Shown here: positions 45,770-56,275 of the stretch, piece after piece
Numbering within the stretch: the stretch's first letter is position 1
Layout: each line of letters opens with the position of its first letter
Origin: an uncultured Bacillales bacterium
GTDB taxonomy: Bacteria > Bacillota_I > Bacilli_A > RF39 > UBA660
Length of the DNA: 64,000 nucleotides
Direction of reading: 5' to 3'
NCBI GenBank assembly: GCA_947564265.1
Contig: CANOBK010000004.1
Coordinates: 69,583-133,582, forward strand
Notes under the pieces: model-generated
Seen by the model: the letters and a program-made list of their open reading frames with translations, nothing else
Database searches by the model: none
What the model was told of the DNA's origin: nothing
Translations under genes and position numbers: made by a program

Positions 45770-47245
45770 ATGTTTGAATCTAAGATTGAGGATATAATTA
45801 AAAATAACGATTTAGATCATAAGTTCCTTCTTGAAGAGATTAGAAGTTCTCAAATTTGTGAAGTGATTGATTCTTTAACGGAAGAGGAATTTTTAGGATT
45901 ACAGGAAAGCGCCTTAGAGGTGTTTCCTTCTGTTGATCATTTATTGGCAACTGTCAAGAAAGGATTAAATGAAGAAGAATCTTATGATTCTATCTATCAA
46001 GCTGTTTCTTCTGATTTTCAACAGGAAAAGGGGAGTACGGATTATTATCGTGATGTTTTCTTTTCTATTTTAAGATTTTTAGAAAAGAAAAAAAAGGCTT
46101 GGTTGGAAAAGGAAAAAAGAAATAATCCTTGGGCGAATGCCAAAAAGAAGTTTTATTACTTATTAGAAAGACAATTTTCTAGTGAAGTGGAAGAACCAAT
46201 TCAGCAATTTAGAATCGCTTTACAAGAATCTTTATGTAGTAGAGAATTGGCAAAGAATAGAATCCTTTCGGAAGAAAACCAATCGGAAATCGGAAGAATA
46301 AAAACATTCTATCATCTAGCACAAGACGTGAAAGAAAATTTAAAGCAAGAAGAAGTTCTTTCTTTGATTGATTCAAATAAATTAGAAAGGCTTTCGGCAG
46401 AAGAGATTTATCAAGGACTAATCTTACAAATGATTGATTGGAAAGATTCCACTATTTATGCGGGAAAACATGAATTTAATGATTACTTTTTTATTAAGAG
46501 AAATCATCAGCAAGAAATAATTGATTCTCAAGTGAATTTATTTATGGGAAAGTTAGAAGAAATTCACCAGCTACAGAGCAATTTATCTAAGTGTTCTCTA
46601 GAAAAGAAACGGAAAGTAAAGAAAAAAGAAGAAAAATCTATTAGAAGTAGATTAGTTTCTTTGATTAAGGGATCAAAAAAGGATCAAACTTTCAATCGAT
46701 TTATATTAGGATTTCGTCATAGAACTCTATTACGTTTTGGGTGGGTTCCGAATCATTTAGAAGTTATGAAAGAATTACTTTCTGCGATGGAATCTTCTTT
46801 TAACATTCAGTGTGCACGTGCAAAAAATATGTTATTTAATACTAGTGTTGAAGATTCTCACTTTGTTTCTAACTTTTTAGAAAAAGAGGGACAAAATGAA
46901 GATTATTTAATTTCTAAAAGTGATTTTGAACAGATTAAGAGACATATTGATGATATTGATGTTATAGAAAGATATAAAGAACTTGCCCATGATAGGAAAC
47001 TGGTGTTTCACTTTTATAAAGATTACTTCTCTTTATCAGAAGAGACTTGTCAAGAATTGAAAAAATTATTTCAATCGGGTGAAATGGATCAAATTACTTT
47101 AAAAATCAGAGAAAAAGTATCCGAGATTTTTGATGATTCGAGTACAGATTTAGAACTATCAAAAGTTCAATTATATGAACAAGTAATGTCCGCTAGAAAA
47201 GTAAAAGAAGAGGAAATTATAAATGTTCTTGTAAAAAAAATGTAG
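45770..47245 (+). CDS. large acidic hypothetical protein (paralog 1)
   Basis: 491-aa ORF, RBS GAGGGTG; N-terminal ~100 aa paralogous to the next gene. Confidence 0.65.
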   Translation: MFESKIEDIIKNNDLDHKFLLEEIRSSQICEVIDSLTEEEFLGLQESALEVFPSVDHLLATVKKGLNEEESYDSIYQAVSSDFQQEKGSTDYYRDVFFSILRFLEKKKKAWLEKEKRNNPWANAKKKFYYLLERQFSSEVEEPIQQFRIALQESLCSRELAKNRILSEENQSEIGRIKTFYHLAQDVKENLKQEEVLSLIDSNKLERLSAEEIYQGLILQMIDWKDSTIYAGKHEFNDYFFIKRNHQQEIIDSQVNLFMGKLEEIHQLQSNLSKCSLEKKRKVKKKEEKSIRSRLVSLIKGSKKDQTFNRFILGFRHRTLLRFGWVPNHLEVMKELLSAMESSFNIQCARAKNMLFNTSVEDSHFVSNFLEKEGQNEDYLISKSDFEQIKRHIDDIDVIERYKELAHDRKLVFHFYKDYFSLSEETCQELKKLFQSGEMDQITLKIREKVSEIFDDSSTDLELSKVQLYEQVMSARKVKEEEIINVLVKKM

Positions 47246-47264
47246 TAAATTTAGGAGGAAATTT

Positions 47265-48595
47265 ATGTTTGAAGCAAAATTAGAAAATGTGATAGAAAAA
47301 ATTAGTGAGACTTCGGAGGAAGAGAAATATGTTCAATCTTTTCGAAAACAACAAATCTGTGAAGTAGTTGATTCATTAACAGAAGAGGAATTTATCTGTC
47401 TACAGGAGAATTTAAAACAAACTTTTGAAGAGGTAGAAACTTTATTCCAAATTGTAGAAGAAAAGATTCAATCAAGGGCTCACTATGAAGAAATAGTACA
47501 AGCGGTAAATGAAGCTTATAGAAATTCTACAGAATGTAGTAGTTATTATAAGAAACAATTTTTGAATTAATGGTGATAACTTTGTATCATTTATATCAAG
47601 AGATTTGGCAAGTATTAGGTTTTGATGTACTAGGAAAAAAGATGCATCTTTCTGCTTGTGATGAAATTAAAGCGCTAATTCTTTCTATTATTGATTTAAA
47701 AAATAAGAAACTAAAAATAATAAGAAAAGAAGGAATTGCTAATTGTTTAGAGAGTTTGAATCAACGTATCGCAAAGTTTTCTAAAAGTCATGATGAATTT
47801 GTGGATAAAATAGGTATACTAGGAAATCAAAAAAAGACCATGCAAGAAAAAGATGAAGCTCTGAAGGAATTGATTGATTTGTTAGAAGTAATTCCTCTAA
47901 CTCGGGTAGATTGTTGTATCAGTGATGGAAATCCAAGAAAAGAGTTACAAATGATTCAAAATAGTAATTGGGTTGTTCGTCTTGCAGCTTTTAATGATTG
48001 GAAGATTATTTCTCGTGGAGAAAAGTATCAGAGAACGATCACCTTAAGCAATCTTCTACATGATGTTAAGATGAAAGCAGATTATTCAGGCGGTCTATAT
48101 CAAATAAAAAGTAAAACGATTGATGGACTCAATGCAATATTTGAATTAGAATTATGGAATAGTATTACTGCTAAAGAAATTCCTGATACGGATTTCTATT
48201 GTAAGCACTTTGGTGAAGTTCCTATTATTAATGAGTTCACTCAAAACAAAGTTTTCGAGGAATTGCTTTATCAAAAAGAAATAGGCGCTCTTAGAAGTTT
48301 TGTTTATAGATTTTATGAGTCCTTTGTAAAATCAGAAGAAGAAAAACAATATCTTCATTCAAGGTTAGTAGAGGGAAAACTAGATAAAATTATCTTAGGG
48401 ATTTTAGAAAAAGTAGAAGCAGTGACAGATGGCTTTTCTCAAAATTTTCAAGAAACCTTTGAAAAAGTAGATTCAAGATACATTATACTTTCTGGTGAAT
48501 TAGAAAATGTAAGAGAAGTACAAGAGGAAGATGTTATCAACGCAGTCATTGGACAAGAACCTAAGGCTTATCAAAAAAAGTTTGCAAATGAATAG
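47265..48595 (+). pseudogene. paralog 2 of the preceding gene, split by a -1 frame change at a T5 run
   Basis: ORF1 ends YYKKQFLN-TAA (47568-47570); ORF2 frame is open from 47552; one extra T gives YYKKQFFELMV, matching YYRDVFFSIL in paralog 1. Confidence 0.6.
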
Positions 48596-48716
48596 TAGAA
48601 ATTTCTACTATTTTTTTGTCAAGTAAAACGTGCTTTCTTGATTAATAAGAGATTTTGTAGTATTCTAGGAATAGGATTTGCTTCCTAATAAAAAAAGACG
48701 AAAAAGAGGAGAAATT

Positions 48717-49388
48717 ATGAAAAAAATATTTGAAAAACTGGGAATTGAACCTAAAAATAAAAAGTTATATCAACTTGCTTTTTCACACTCCTCTTATGTA
48801 CATGAGAATCACTTAAAAGCAGATTATGAAAGATTGGAATTCTTAGGAGACGCTGTATTAGATTTAGTTATGAGTGATTATCTTTATCAAAATTTTAATG
48901 TAAAAGAAGGGGATATGACTAAAATTCGAGCAAGCTATGTTTGTGAAAATGCTTGTTTTACGTATGCCTCAAATCTTGGTTTTAGTAATTATATTAAAGT
49001 TGGTCATGGCGAGGAATTAGAAGGTGGAAGATATAAAAAAGTAATTCTAGCGGATATTTTTGAAGCTTTTATGGGGGCTATTTACTTAGATCTTGGATAT
49101 GAAACTGTTCGAAAAGTCCTTTTAAAAATTATTGTTCCTTATGTAGAAGATCCAAAAATTGTATTTTTTAATGATTACAAAAGTTCTTTACAAGAATATA
49201 TTCAAACAGAACAAGGGTCTTTAAAGTATGACTTGATAAAAGAAGAAGGACCTGCTCATAATAAACAATTTACAATTGAAGTTAGTGTAGATGGAATTGT
49301 CTATGGAATAGGAACTGCTCATAGTAAGAAAGAAGCAGAACAGGAAGCAGCGAAAAGTGCTTTAGAAAAACTCGCAACCATTGATTAA
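48717..49388 (+). CDS. rnc: ribonuclease III
   Basis: ERLEFLGDAVLDL signature, DIFEAFMGAIYLD, C-terminal dsRBD (GPAHNKQFTIEV...HSKKEAEQEAA); ATG 48717 after AAGAGGAG. Confidence 0.92.
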   Translation: MKKIFEKLGIEPKNKKLYQLAFSHSSYVHENHLKADYERLEFLGDAVLDLVMSDYLYQNFNVKEGDMTKIRASYVCENACFTYASNLGFSNYIKVGHGEELEGGRYKKVILADIFEAFMGAIYLDLGYETVRKVLLKIIVPYVEDPKIVFFNDYKSSLQEYIQTEQGSLKYDLIKEEGPAHNKQFTIEVSVDGIVYGIGTAHSKKEAEQEAAKSALEKLATID

Positions 49389-49423
49389 TTTCGATTTTTG
49401 ATGTATAATGAAAAAGCGATTCG

Positions 49424-49906
49424 ATGAGGTCTTGTATGAGAAACGGATATGATTGGTTTCAAAATTTTAAAATTCAAATTCTATCACTCGTGTCTTTATT
49501 AAACATGTTAAAAGAAGATATGATTATTATGGTAACAATGAGTGATTGGGTTTTAGAAGAAGAATTTTTCAATGAAAGTTTTTTGAAATTACAACAGATA
49601 CTTACCATGAGTGATCAAGATTTAGAACTTTTAATAGGACAAGTAGAATTTTTAGAACAAGGGAACTTTTTTTATGTAGAAGATTTGAAAGATGAATTTG
49701 AATGGGTTCATGCTAATATTTATTTAGAACTGGATTATATGAATCTGATATCAGATTGTATCCTTGGTTTCAATCAACCAATTTTTCACAAAGAAAGAGG
49801 AAAAGTAAAATATTTGAATCAAGAAAAAAGATACTTAGAACAGATAGAAAAAAATCATCAAGAATTAGAAAAGTTAAGAGAAGAAAGGAGAGAAAATTTT
49901 GAGTAA
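49424..49906 (+). CDS. hypothetical acidic protein
   Basis: ORF between rnc and RNase J, overlapping the latter by 8 nt; extended -10 TGATGTATAAT at ~49399; start codon uncertain. Confidence 0.45.
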   Translation: MRSCMRNGYDWFQNFKIQILSLVSLLNMLKEDMIIMVTMSDWVLEEEFFNESFLKLQQILTMSDQDLELLIGQVEFLEQGNFFYVEDLKDEFEWVHANIYLELDYMNLISDCILGFNQPIFHKERGKVKYLNQEKRYLEQIEKNHQELEKLREERRENFE

Positions 49907-51554
49907 AATTAAAATATTTAGTTTAGGAGGACTCAATGAAAATGGGAAAAATATGTATGTTGTTAATGTCGATGAACATATTTTTGTCTTTGATTCGGGT
50001 TTGAAATACGATAATAGTAAAATGTTAGGAGTTGATTATATTGTACCTAACATCGATTATTTAAAAGAAAATCAGAAAAAAATAGAAGGGATTTTTATTA
50101 CCCATGGTCATGAAAGTAATATGGGAGGGATTAGTGATGTTATCTTATCACTTCCTAATGTAGCAGTATATGCTACTAAGTATACTATGGAAATTATTAA
50201 AAGGGACTTAATGGATGCGGGTATTGAAAATGCCAAATTAAAAGAAATTAGACCTCATTCTAAATTGGATTTTGGACGTGATTTATCTATTTTTCCAATT
50301 AGTGTAACACATTCGATTCCAGATGCTGTATGTTATGTATTATATACAAAAGATGGATCTATTTGTTATACGGGGGACTTTGTTTTTGACTCTACGATGA
50401 TGGGACATTACAAAACGGATATCGGAAAACTTGCTTATGTAGGAAAACAGGGAGTTTTATGTTTACTTTCAGAGTCCTTTTATGCGGAAAAAGGAGGACA
50501 TACATCTCCTAATAATCGAGTAAGTGGTTTTATTCGTGAAGTATTTAACCATAACGAAAATAGAATTATTGCGACGATTCTTCCAGCACATATTTACCGA
50601 GTACAAGAAATCTTTAATGAGGTAATGAAAACCAAACGAAAAATCGTTGTTATGGGGAAAAGATTACAAGACCTAATTCATAAATCAATCGAAATGAAAT
50701 ATTTAACGATTGATTCTGATCGTATTGGGGATTTAGCAAATCTAAATGATAAAGGAGTAGTTGTTTTAATTTCTGATGAAAAAGAAAAACCATTTGCTAA
50801 TTTAGAAAGAGTGATCAAAGGATTTGATAAATACATCAAACTTCGTGAAAATGATACCATTTTTATTACAGAACCTAGTTATGAAGGAATTGAAAAAAGA
50901 CTGGCTATCGTGATGGATGATATCGCAAGAGCGAATATTAATGTAGTATGTCTTTCTAGTAAAAAACATCTATTACACCATGCTTCTAGAGAAGACTTGA
51001 TGCTTATGATTAATTTAATGAATCCAAAATACTATTTTCCAGTCAAGGGAGAATATCGTCATCAGTATATGAATGCAACGATTGCGGAAGAATTAGGAAT
51101 TCCTAAAGAAAATATTCTATTAAAGCAAAATGGGGATGTTGTAGAGTTTGAAAATGGAGTACTAGTAGATAGTAAGGAACATATTCCAGTAGGAGAAATT
51201 CTAATTGATGGAAAAAGTAATGGCGATATCGGAGAATTAGTTCTAAAAGATCGTGAAATGCTTGGAGAAAATGGAATTGTGATTTTAAGCGCTACTTTAG
51301 ATCGATCTACCAAGAAGATTTTAGCGGGTCCAGAAATTGTTACGAAAGGATTCATCTATGTAAAAGAGCATTTAGATGTAATAGAAGAGGCAAAAAGTCG
51401 TTCCTTAGAGATTATCGAACGTAATACAAATTTTGAACAACATCGTGTAGATTATACAAAAATCAAAAATGAAGTACGTGAGACACTAGGAAAATACTTC
51501 TATAAAGAAACGGAATGTAAACCAATGATTATCACAGTAATTCAAGAGGTATAA
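49899..51554 (+). CDS. rnj: ribonuclease J
   Basis: IFSLGGLNENGKNMYVV, metallo-beta-lactamase ITHGHESNMGG, beta-CASP and C-terminal domains; TTG start after AAAGGAGAG. Confidence 0.9.
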   Translation: MSKIKIFSLGGLNENGKNMYVVNVDEHIFVFDSGLKYDNSKMLGVDYIVPNIDYLKENQKKIEGIFITHGHESNMGGISDVILSLPNVAVYATKYTMEIIKRDLMDAGIENAKLKEIRPHSKLDFGRDLSIFPISVTHSIPDAVCYVLYTKDGSICYTGDFVFDSTMMGHYKTDIGKLAYVGKQGVLCLLSESFYAEKGGHTSPNNRVSGFIREVFNHNENRIIATILPAHIYRVQEIFNEVMKTKRKIVVMGKRLQDLIHKSIEMKYLTIDSDRIGDLANLNDKGVVVLISDEKEKPFANLERVIKGFDKYIKLRENDTIFITEPSYEGIEKRLAIVMDDIARANINVVCLSSKKHLLHHASREDLMLMINLMNPKYYFPVKGEYRHQYMNATIAEELGIPKENILLKQNGDVVEFENGVLVDSKEHIPVGEILIDGKSNGDIGELVLKDREMLGENGIVILSATLDRSTKKILAGPEIVTKGFIYVKEHLDVIEEAKSRSLEIIERNTNFEQHRVDYTKIKNEVRETLGKYFYKETECKPMIITVIQEV

Positions 51555-51560
51555 AGTTAG

Positions 51561-53063
51561 GTGAACAAGATGGAAAAAGACCAAAACTTAAAAGAAAAAA
51601 TCGAAGACGATTTTGTAGATGCAAAAGTTAGAGTTTTCTATCAAGGAGAATGGTATTTACTAATTCAATATGGAGATATGAGAATCGTCTTAAGGGAAGT
51701 AAAGGAAAATCAAAAAGTAAGTTATCAAATTCCACCTTTAGGTGTTCGAGAAGAAGTATTAGAATTGATGAGTTCAGAAGTAGTTTCTAAAACGAAAGAG
51801 GCATTAAATACTAAGGCAGATTCTCAAATAGAGAACTCGCCTAAAAAAGTGAAAAAGAAATTTCCAAAGGTAGCAGTATCACTATTATTAGCGGCAGGTG
51901 TTTTGGCATTGCTTCATAAATATAACAGTTATACTTATGTTGGACTTGACTATCAAGAGTTATTAGATAAATTACCAGATCATTCTTTAGAACTTGGGGA
52001 AATTTTAGAAGAACATCTCAATTTTCAGGATAGTGAATATTATGGAAGTTTTTCTGAATTAGAAAAAGAAGAATTTCGAAATAGGGCAGAGAGATTTGCT
52101 TCTTATCTTACAGAAGACGAACAAGAACTTTTTAAATATCAATTAAATAACGTAACTATACAAAAAGCGGACGCTACCAATTTTTTTTATTTTAAAGAAG
52201 ATAGTATATTATATATATATAAGGGAATGCGTAGCGATAATTATTATTTAGAGTTCGCATTTTGTGAAATGATGCAAGAATGTTATATGAAGAATGGAAA
52301 AGATTATTTTATTTTTAATAATCAACAGTTTCAGGATCCTCATAGGGTGGAATTAGGGGATCACTTTCCTTTCTATAATAATCTATTATTTATATATTGG
52401 AATTACCCAGAGTATCAAAAAGAATTGAATCTAACATTAGAAACAGAAGAAGCACTTTATTATCAATTGATGTTACAAGTGTTAGATTCTAATCTGAATT
52501 ATTTACCATTTAATTATCAAATGGAAGATATATTGAAAGCATATCAAGAAATTTCTCCATCTAAAGAAAAAACAACAGATTTGTTTGGGCAGATTGGGAT
52601 TATTCAATCCTTTCAAAATGATGGTAGGTTTTATGATTATGAACGTAGGCATAATGTAATTGAATTAGCTAGTGAATACTTTATAGAAAGAGAAAAGCAA
52701 GTGGCACTGAGGTATTCTTTATTAACAGTTATGGAACAAGAAAAGGAAGCAGCTGGAGAACAATTGATTTCAGAATTTGCAGAACGCTATACTAAATATT
52801 TATCAAAACTAGAACAAATTAATCAATTATATTCAATTAATATGTGTGAAAGATGGGTTTTTAAAGGAACTTATGAAAGCGAAGTTTTGCCTTATGTCTA
52901 TAACTTAGAAAAAAGATTTGAAATGATTCCAAAGGATATGACAGAAGATGAATTTCAAACCTACTTTTTTGAAAAGGTATATGATTATAAAACTGAAAAT
53001 GAAGTAGAAACTTCGAAAGAAGAAAAACAATATATCTTTCACTATCCTTTGTCAACCCAATAG
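51561..53063 (+). CDS. hypothetical single-pass membrane protein
   Basis: 500-aa ORF; TM VAVSLLLAAGVLALL near residue 100; no recognised domain. Confidence 0.6.
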   Translation: MNKMEKDQNLKEKIEDDFVDAKVRVFYQGEWYLLIQYGDMRIVLREVKENQKVSYQIPPLGVREEVLELMSSEVVSKTKEALNTKADSQIENSPKKVKKKFPKVAVSLLLAAGVLALLHKYNSYTYVGLDYQELLDKLPDHSLELGEILEEHLNFQDSEYYGSFSELEKEEFRNRAERFASYLTEDEQELFKYQLNNVTIQKADATNFFYFKEDSILYIYKGMRSDNYYLEFAFCEMMQECYMKNGKDYFIFNNQQFQDPHRVELGDHFPFYNNLLFIYWNYPEYQKELNLTLETEEALYYQLMLQVLDSNLNYLPFNYQMEDILKAYQEISPSKEKTTDLFGQIGIIQSFQNDGRFYDYERRHNVIELASEYFIEREKQVALRYSLLTVMEQEKEAAGEQLISEFAERYTKYLSKLEQINQLYSINMCERWVFKGTYESEVLPYVYNLEKRFEMIPKDMTEDEFQTYFFEKVYDYKTENEVETSKEEKQYIFHYPLSTQ

Positions 53064-53148
53064 AAAAATATGTCGATTTGTTCTCTATAATGAGAGTTCG
53101 ACATTTTTTTTATTGTAAGTTTATATAATTATGATATAGTAAAGATAG

Positions 53149-54783
53149 GTGATCGTCGTGAAAAAGAAAAGGGTAATCCTTCTTTTCAGTATTTTACTTG
53201 TTCTAGTTTTTTGTCTAGTTGGAATTTTTCTAGTCCATAAATTTCAAGAAAAAGAAAAGGAGAAGAAGGAACAAGAAATGGTTTCAAAGATTAGGAAGTC
53301 ATTTTCTGAAGGGGTAAAGACCTCGAAAAAAAAGAGTATCTATCAAAAGAGAGAAGACGAGTATCAAGAAGTTGGTTTTGTTGAAAAAGGAGTCTTTCTA
53401 CCACTAGAAGAAACAAACATTAATACTTCAAACGATATTTATTTTAAAATTAAAGATTTAGATTACTACATTGATTATGAAAATTTGGAGAAGGTATCTC
53501 ATACAGAAGATACTTCTCTTAATAATTTAATTGCTACTAAGAGATTAATCACAGAAAAAACAGAGTTATATAAAAATGACGAACTAGTATTTTCTCTTCC
53601 TGATTCTTTTACCTTTGATGTCCTCTTAGTTGAAAATGAAAATTATTATATTTCCTTTTTAGATGAAATTTATTTAGTAAAAGAACATTTTAAATTAGAA
53701 GAGAAAGAAACGGATCCTCTATTACAGAAACTAAGTGTTTTTCAGTTTTCAGAGGATATTTCTCAAGAAAAACTAGAGGAAGTCTTATCTCTTTGGAAAG
53801 AAAAAGAATATACTTCTTTAACGAAGCAAGAGTTTATTTATTGGATGGAAGGAAAGGGAGATTTTAAAGAAAAAAATCTTTTCTTAATAGGAAGTACTGC
53901 CCAAAAAGAAAAATGGGATGAAGTTCTTCAAAAATATGGATTTTTTCTAGAAAATGATTTGGAACCATATTTCTTTCATGAAGGAGATCAACAGTTAACA
54001 AAAGGGGCAAGTACTCATTATCAATATTTAATTTCTAACAGTACAACGAAAGAAAGAGTAGTGGAGATGCTATCAGGAATTCCAAAACCAACACCACCAC
54101 CTGTTTCTAATACATCTTCAGGTGGGTCAGTAGCGGTTTTAAATTATCATTTCTTTTATGATGCCGCAACAGAAGCCTGTAATGAGAGTATCTGTATTTC
54201 GACAGAGAATTTTAGAAAACAGTTAGATTATTTGAAGAATAATGGATATAAAACGCTTACAATGCAGGAATTTTATGATTGGAAAACTGGGAAATTAAAT
54301 TTGTCACAAAAAGCTGTTTTAATCACTGTCGATGATGGAGCGATGGGAACAGATACTCATTTACCAGCTATTTTAGAAGAATATCAAATGCATGCAAGCC
54401 TTTTCTTAATTACAGGATGGTGGGATATCTCAAAATATCAAAAAAACCAATATTTAGAAATTTATTCTCATGGGGATGAACTCCATCATAATAATTATTG
54501 TGCAGGTTCTAATTGTGGTTATAAGCCTCTTCTATTATCGAAGGAAGAAATTGTTGCAGATTTGAATCTTTCTCTTTCAAAGGGAGTTGGGAAACTTGCG
54601 TTCTGTTATCCTTTTTATCAGACGAGTAAAACGTTAGAAGCAGCGTTAAAAGAAGTAGGTATCCCTCTAGCGTTTGCTGGAGGAAATAAAAAAGCGACAA
54701 GAAGTGTTTCTAACTATTATATTCCTCGTTACGTCGTTTATAAAGGAACAAGTCTCAACCAATTTATTAATATGATATCTTAG
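53149..54783 (+). CDS. membrane-anchored polysaccharide deacetylase (NodB homology) family protein
   Basis: N-terminal TM; C-terminal VLITVDDGAMGT...IYSHGDELHH NodB-type motifs. Confidence 0.75.
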   Translation: MIVVKKKRVILLFSILLVLVFCLVGIFLVHKFQEKEKEKKEQEMVSKIRKSFSEGVKTSKKKSIYQKREDEYQEVGFVEKGVFLPLEETNINTSNDIYFKIKDLDYYIDYENLEKVSHTEDTSLNNLIATKRLITEKTELYKNDELVFSLPDSFTFDVLLVENENYYISFLDEIYLVKEHFKLEEKETDPLLQKLSVFQFSEDISQEKLEEVLSLWKEKEYTSLTKQEFIYWMEGKGDFKEKNLFLIGSTAQKEKWDEVLQKYGFFLENDLEPYFFHEGDQQLTKGASTHYQYLISNSTTKERVVEMLSGIPKPTPPPVSNTSSGGSVAVLNYHFFYDAATEACNESICISTENFRKQLDYLKNNGYKTLTMQEFYDWKTGKLNLSQKAVLITVDDGAMGTDTHLPAILEEYQMHASLFLITGWWDISKYQKNQYLEIYSHGDELHHNNYCAGSNCGYKPLLLSKEEIVADLNLSLSKGVGKLAFCYPFYQTSKTLEAALKEVGIPLAFAGGNKKATRSVSNYYIPRYVVYKGTSLNQFINMIS

Positions 54784-54865
54784 GAAGCTTTAGCTTCCTT
54801 TTAAATTTCCTTGAAAATATTGCACTTTTGTGTTATAATAGGTTGCGTTGAAAGGCGGGATTACA

Positions 54866-56257
54866 ATGAAAATTAACAATTTAAAAGTGACTGCGACTGC
54901 ACTGACTCTTGGTGGTTGTATTTTGCTTGGCGCAAGTGCATTTCATCATTATGATGAAGAAGTCGACCAAGAATTAATTGATATCGAAATGAATTTAGAT
55001 GAAATCAAGGATGATATAAGTGAAATTAGGAATGATATAGATGACTTATCAGAAATGATTATGATGCATCACGATTATTTAGAACAGGTTAATAAAATAG
55101 AAAATGTTCAGGAACAAGAAAAAACAGTGGAACAAGAAGTAGAAGAACTACTTGAAGAATCTCCTGAATATAGAAAAATTGCAGAATATGTATCAGAAAT
55201 TACGGAAGAAGATGTAGATGCCTATGTAAAAGAGGTATTAGATTCCTATGGAATTACTTCAAAAAGTAATACTTTCCGTTTTGATCCTAATAACTTTTAT
55301 GAAGCAAATTCAAGAATCCAGGAATATGCAGAAAAAATGGATAGTGAAGAAAATATGACTTATGAGACAGAATATCATATTAATGCTACAGAGGAAGATT
55401 ATCTTGTAAGAGAATATAGGGAGAGATATCAAGTAACCCATCCAGAGGCATCCGAAGAGGAATTAAAAGCCGTTGAAAAAGAATTTAGGGAAAAGGCAGC
55501 AGCAGTTTATTATACAAAAATGAATTTAAAATATTTAAATGATACCACTTTAAAAAAGATTAATGAAACATATCATTTCGTAGATGACTCAGAAAATCTG
55601 ATTGACGAGATCAAAGCGTATGCTGATAGTGCTATTATTTTATATAGGAATAATCCATTAATGAAAAATATGGTTGCCAATAGTGGTGATTACCTTGCTC
55701 ATAGTTTACTTGATGAGAATGTAAATAATTGGCATTATTTAATTGGCTTTGATGAGGAGAAAATCGCAACGAGAGTTATTCATGGAGACTATGGTAATGG
55801 AGAAGAAAGAAAAGAAAACTTAGGGAGAGAAGGATATAATTATTATACGGTTCAAGCAAAAGTGAATCAAATGATGGGACTCGTACCAAGGCAATCATCT
55901 GTTTTCTATCGAATGGAAAATGGAGAAGTTGTATCTAATCTTCCAATGTTACCAACTGATCAAGAAGAATTATACAAATATTTATTAATTGAATTAAAAT
56001 ATCAATCACAACATTATGGATTTTATGGACCAGAATCTTATGATCCAGGGGATTTTTTAATTAGACAAGTAATCTTTGGACATTATAATCAAGTTTATGA
56101 TATGCTTTACAGAACTGAGGAAATTACTGATGATATGGAAAAAGCAATTCTAAAGGAATTGGATTATCATCGATATGCTGGAGATGCCATCAAATTTTTT
56201 GAAACAGTAGAAAAGGTTCCAGAAGTAACGGGAAACAGTCAAAAAACTTATAAATAG
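54866..56257 (+). CDS. membrane-anchored acidic hypothetical protein
   Basis: ATG 54866 after AAAGGCGGG; N-terminal TM then Glu/Asp-rich coiled region. Confidence 0.6.
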   Translation: MKINNLKVTATALTLGGCILLGASAFHHYDEEVDQELIDIEMNLDEIKDDISEIRNDIDDLSEMIMMHHDYLEQVNKIENVQEQEKTVEQEVEELLEESPEYRKIAEYVSEITEEDVDAYVKEVLDSYGITSKSNTFRFDPNNFYEANSRIQEYAEKMDSEENMTYETEYHINATEEDYLVREYRERYQVTHPEASEEELKAVEKEFREKAAAVYYTKMNLKYLNDTTLKKINETYHFVDDSENLIDEIKAYADSAIILYRNNPLMKNMVANSGDYLAHSLLDENVNNWHYLIGFDEEKIATRVIHGDYGNGEERKENLGREGYNYYTVQAKVNQMMGLVPRQSSVFYRMENGEVVSNLPMLPTDQEELYKYLLIELKYQSQHYGFYGPESYDPGDFLIRQVIFGHYNQVYDMLYRTEEITDDMEKAILKELDYHRYAGDAIKFFETVEKVPEVTGNSQKTYK

Positions 56258-56275
56258 TGTGTAGGAGAAAAAAAT

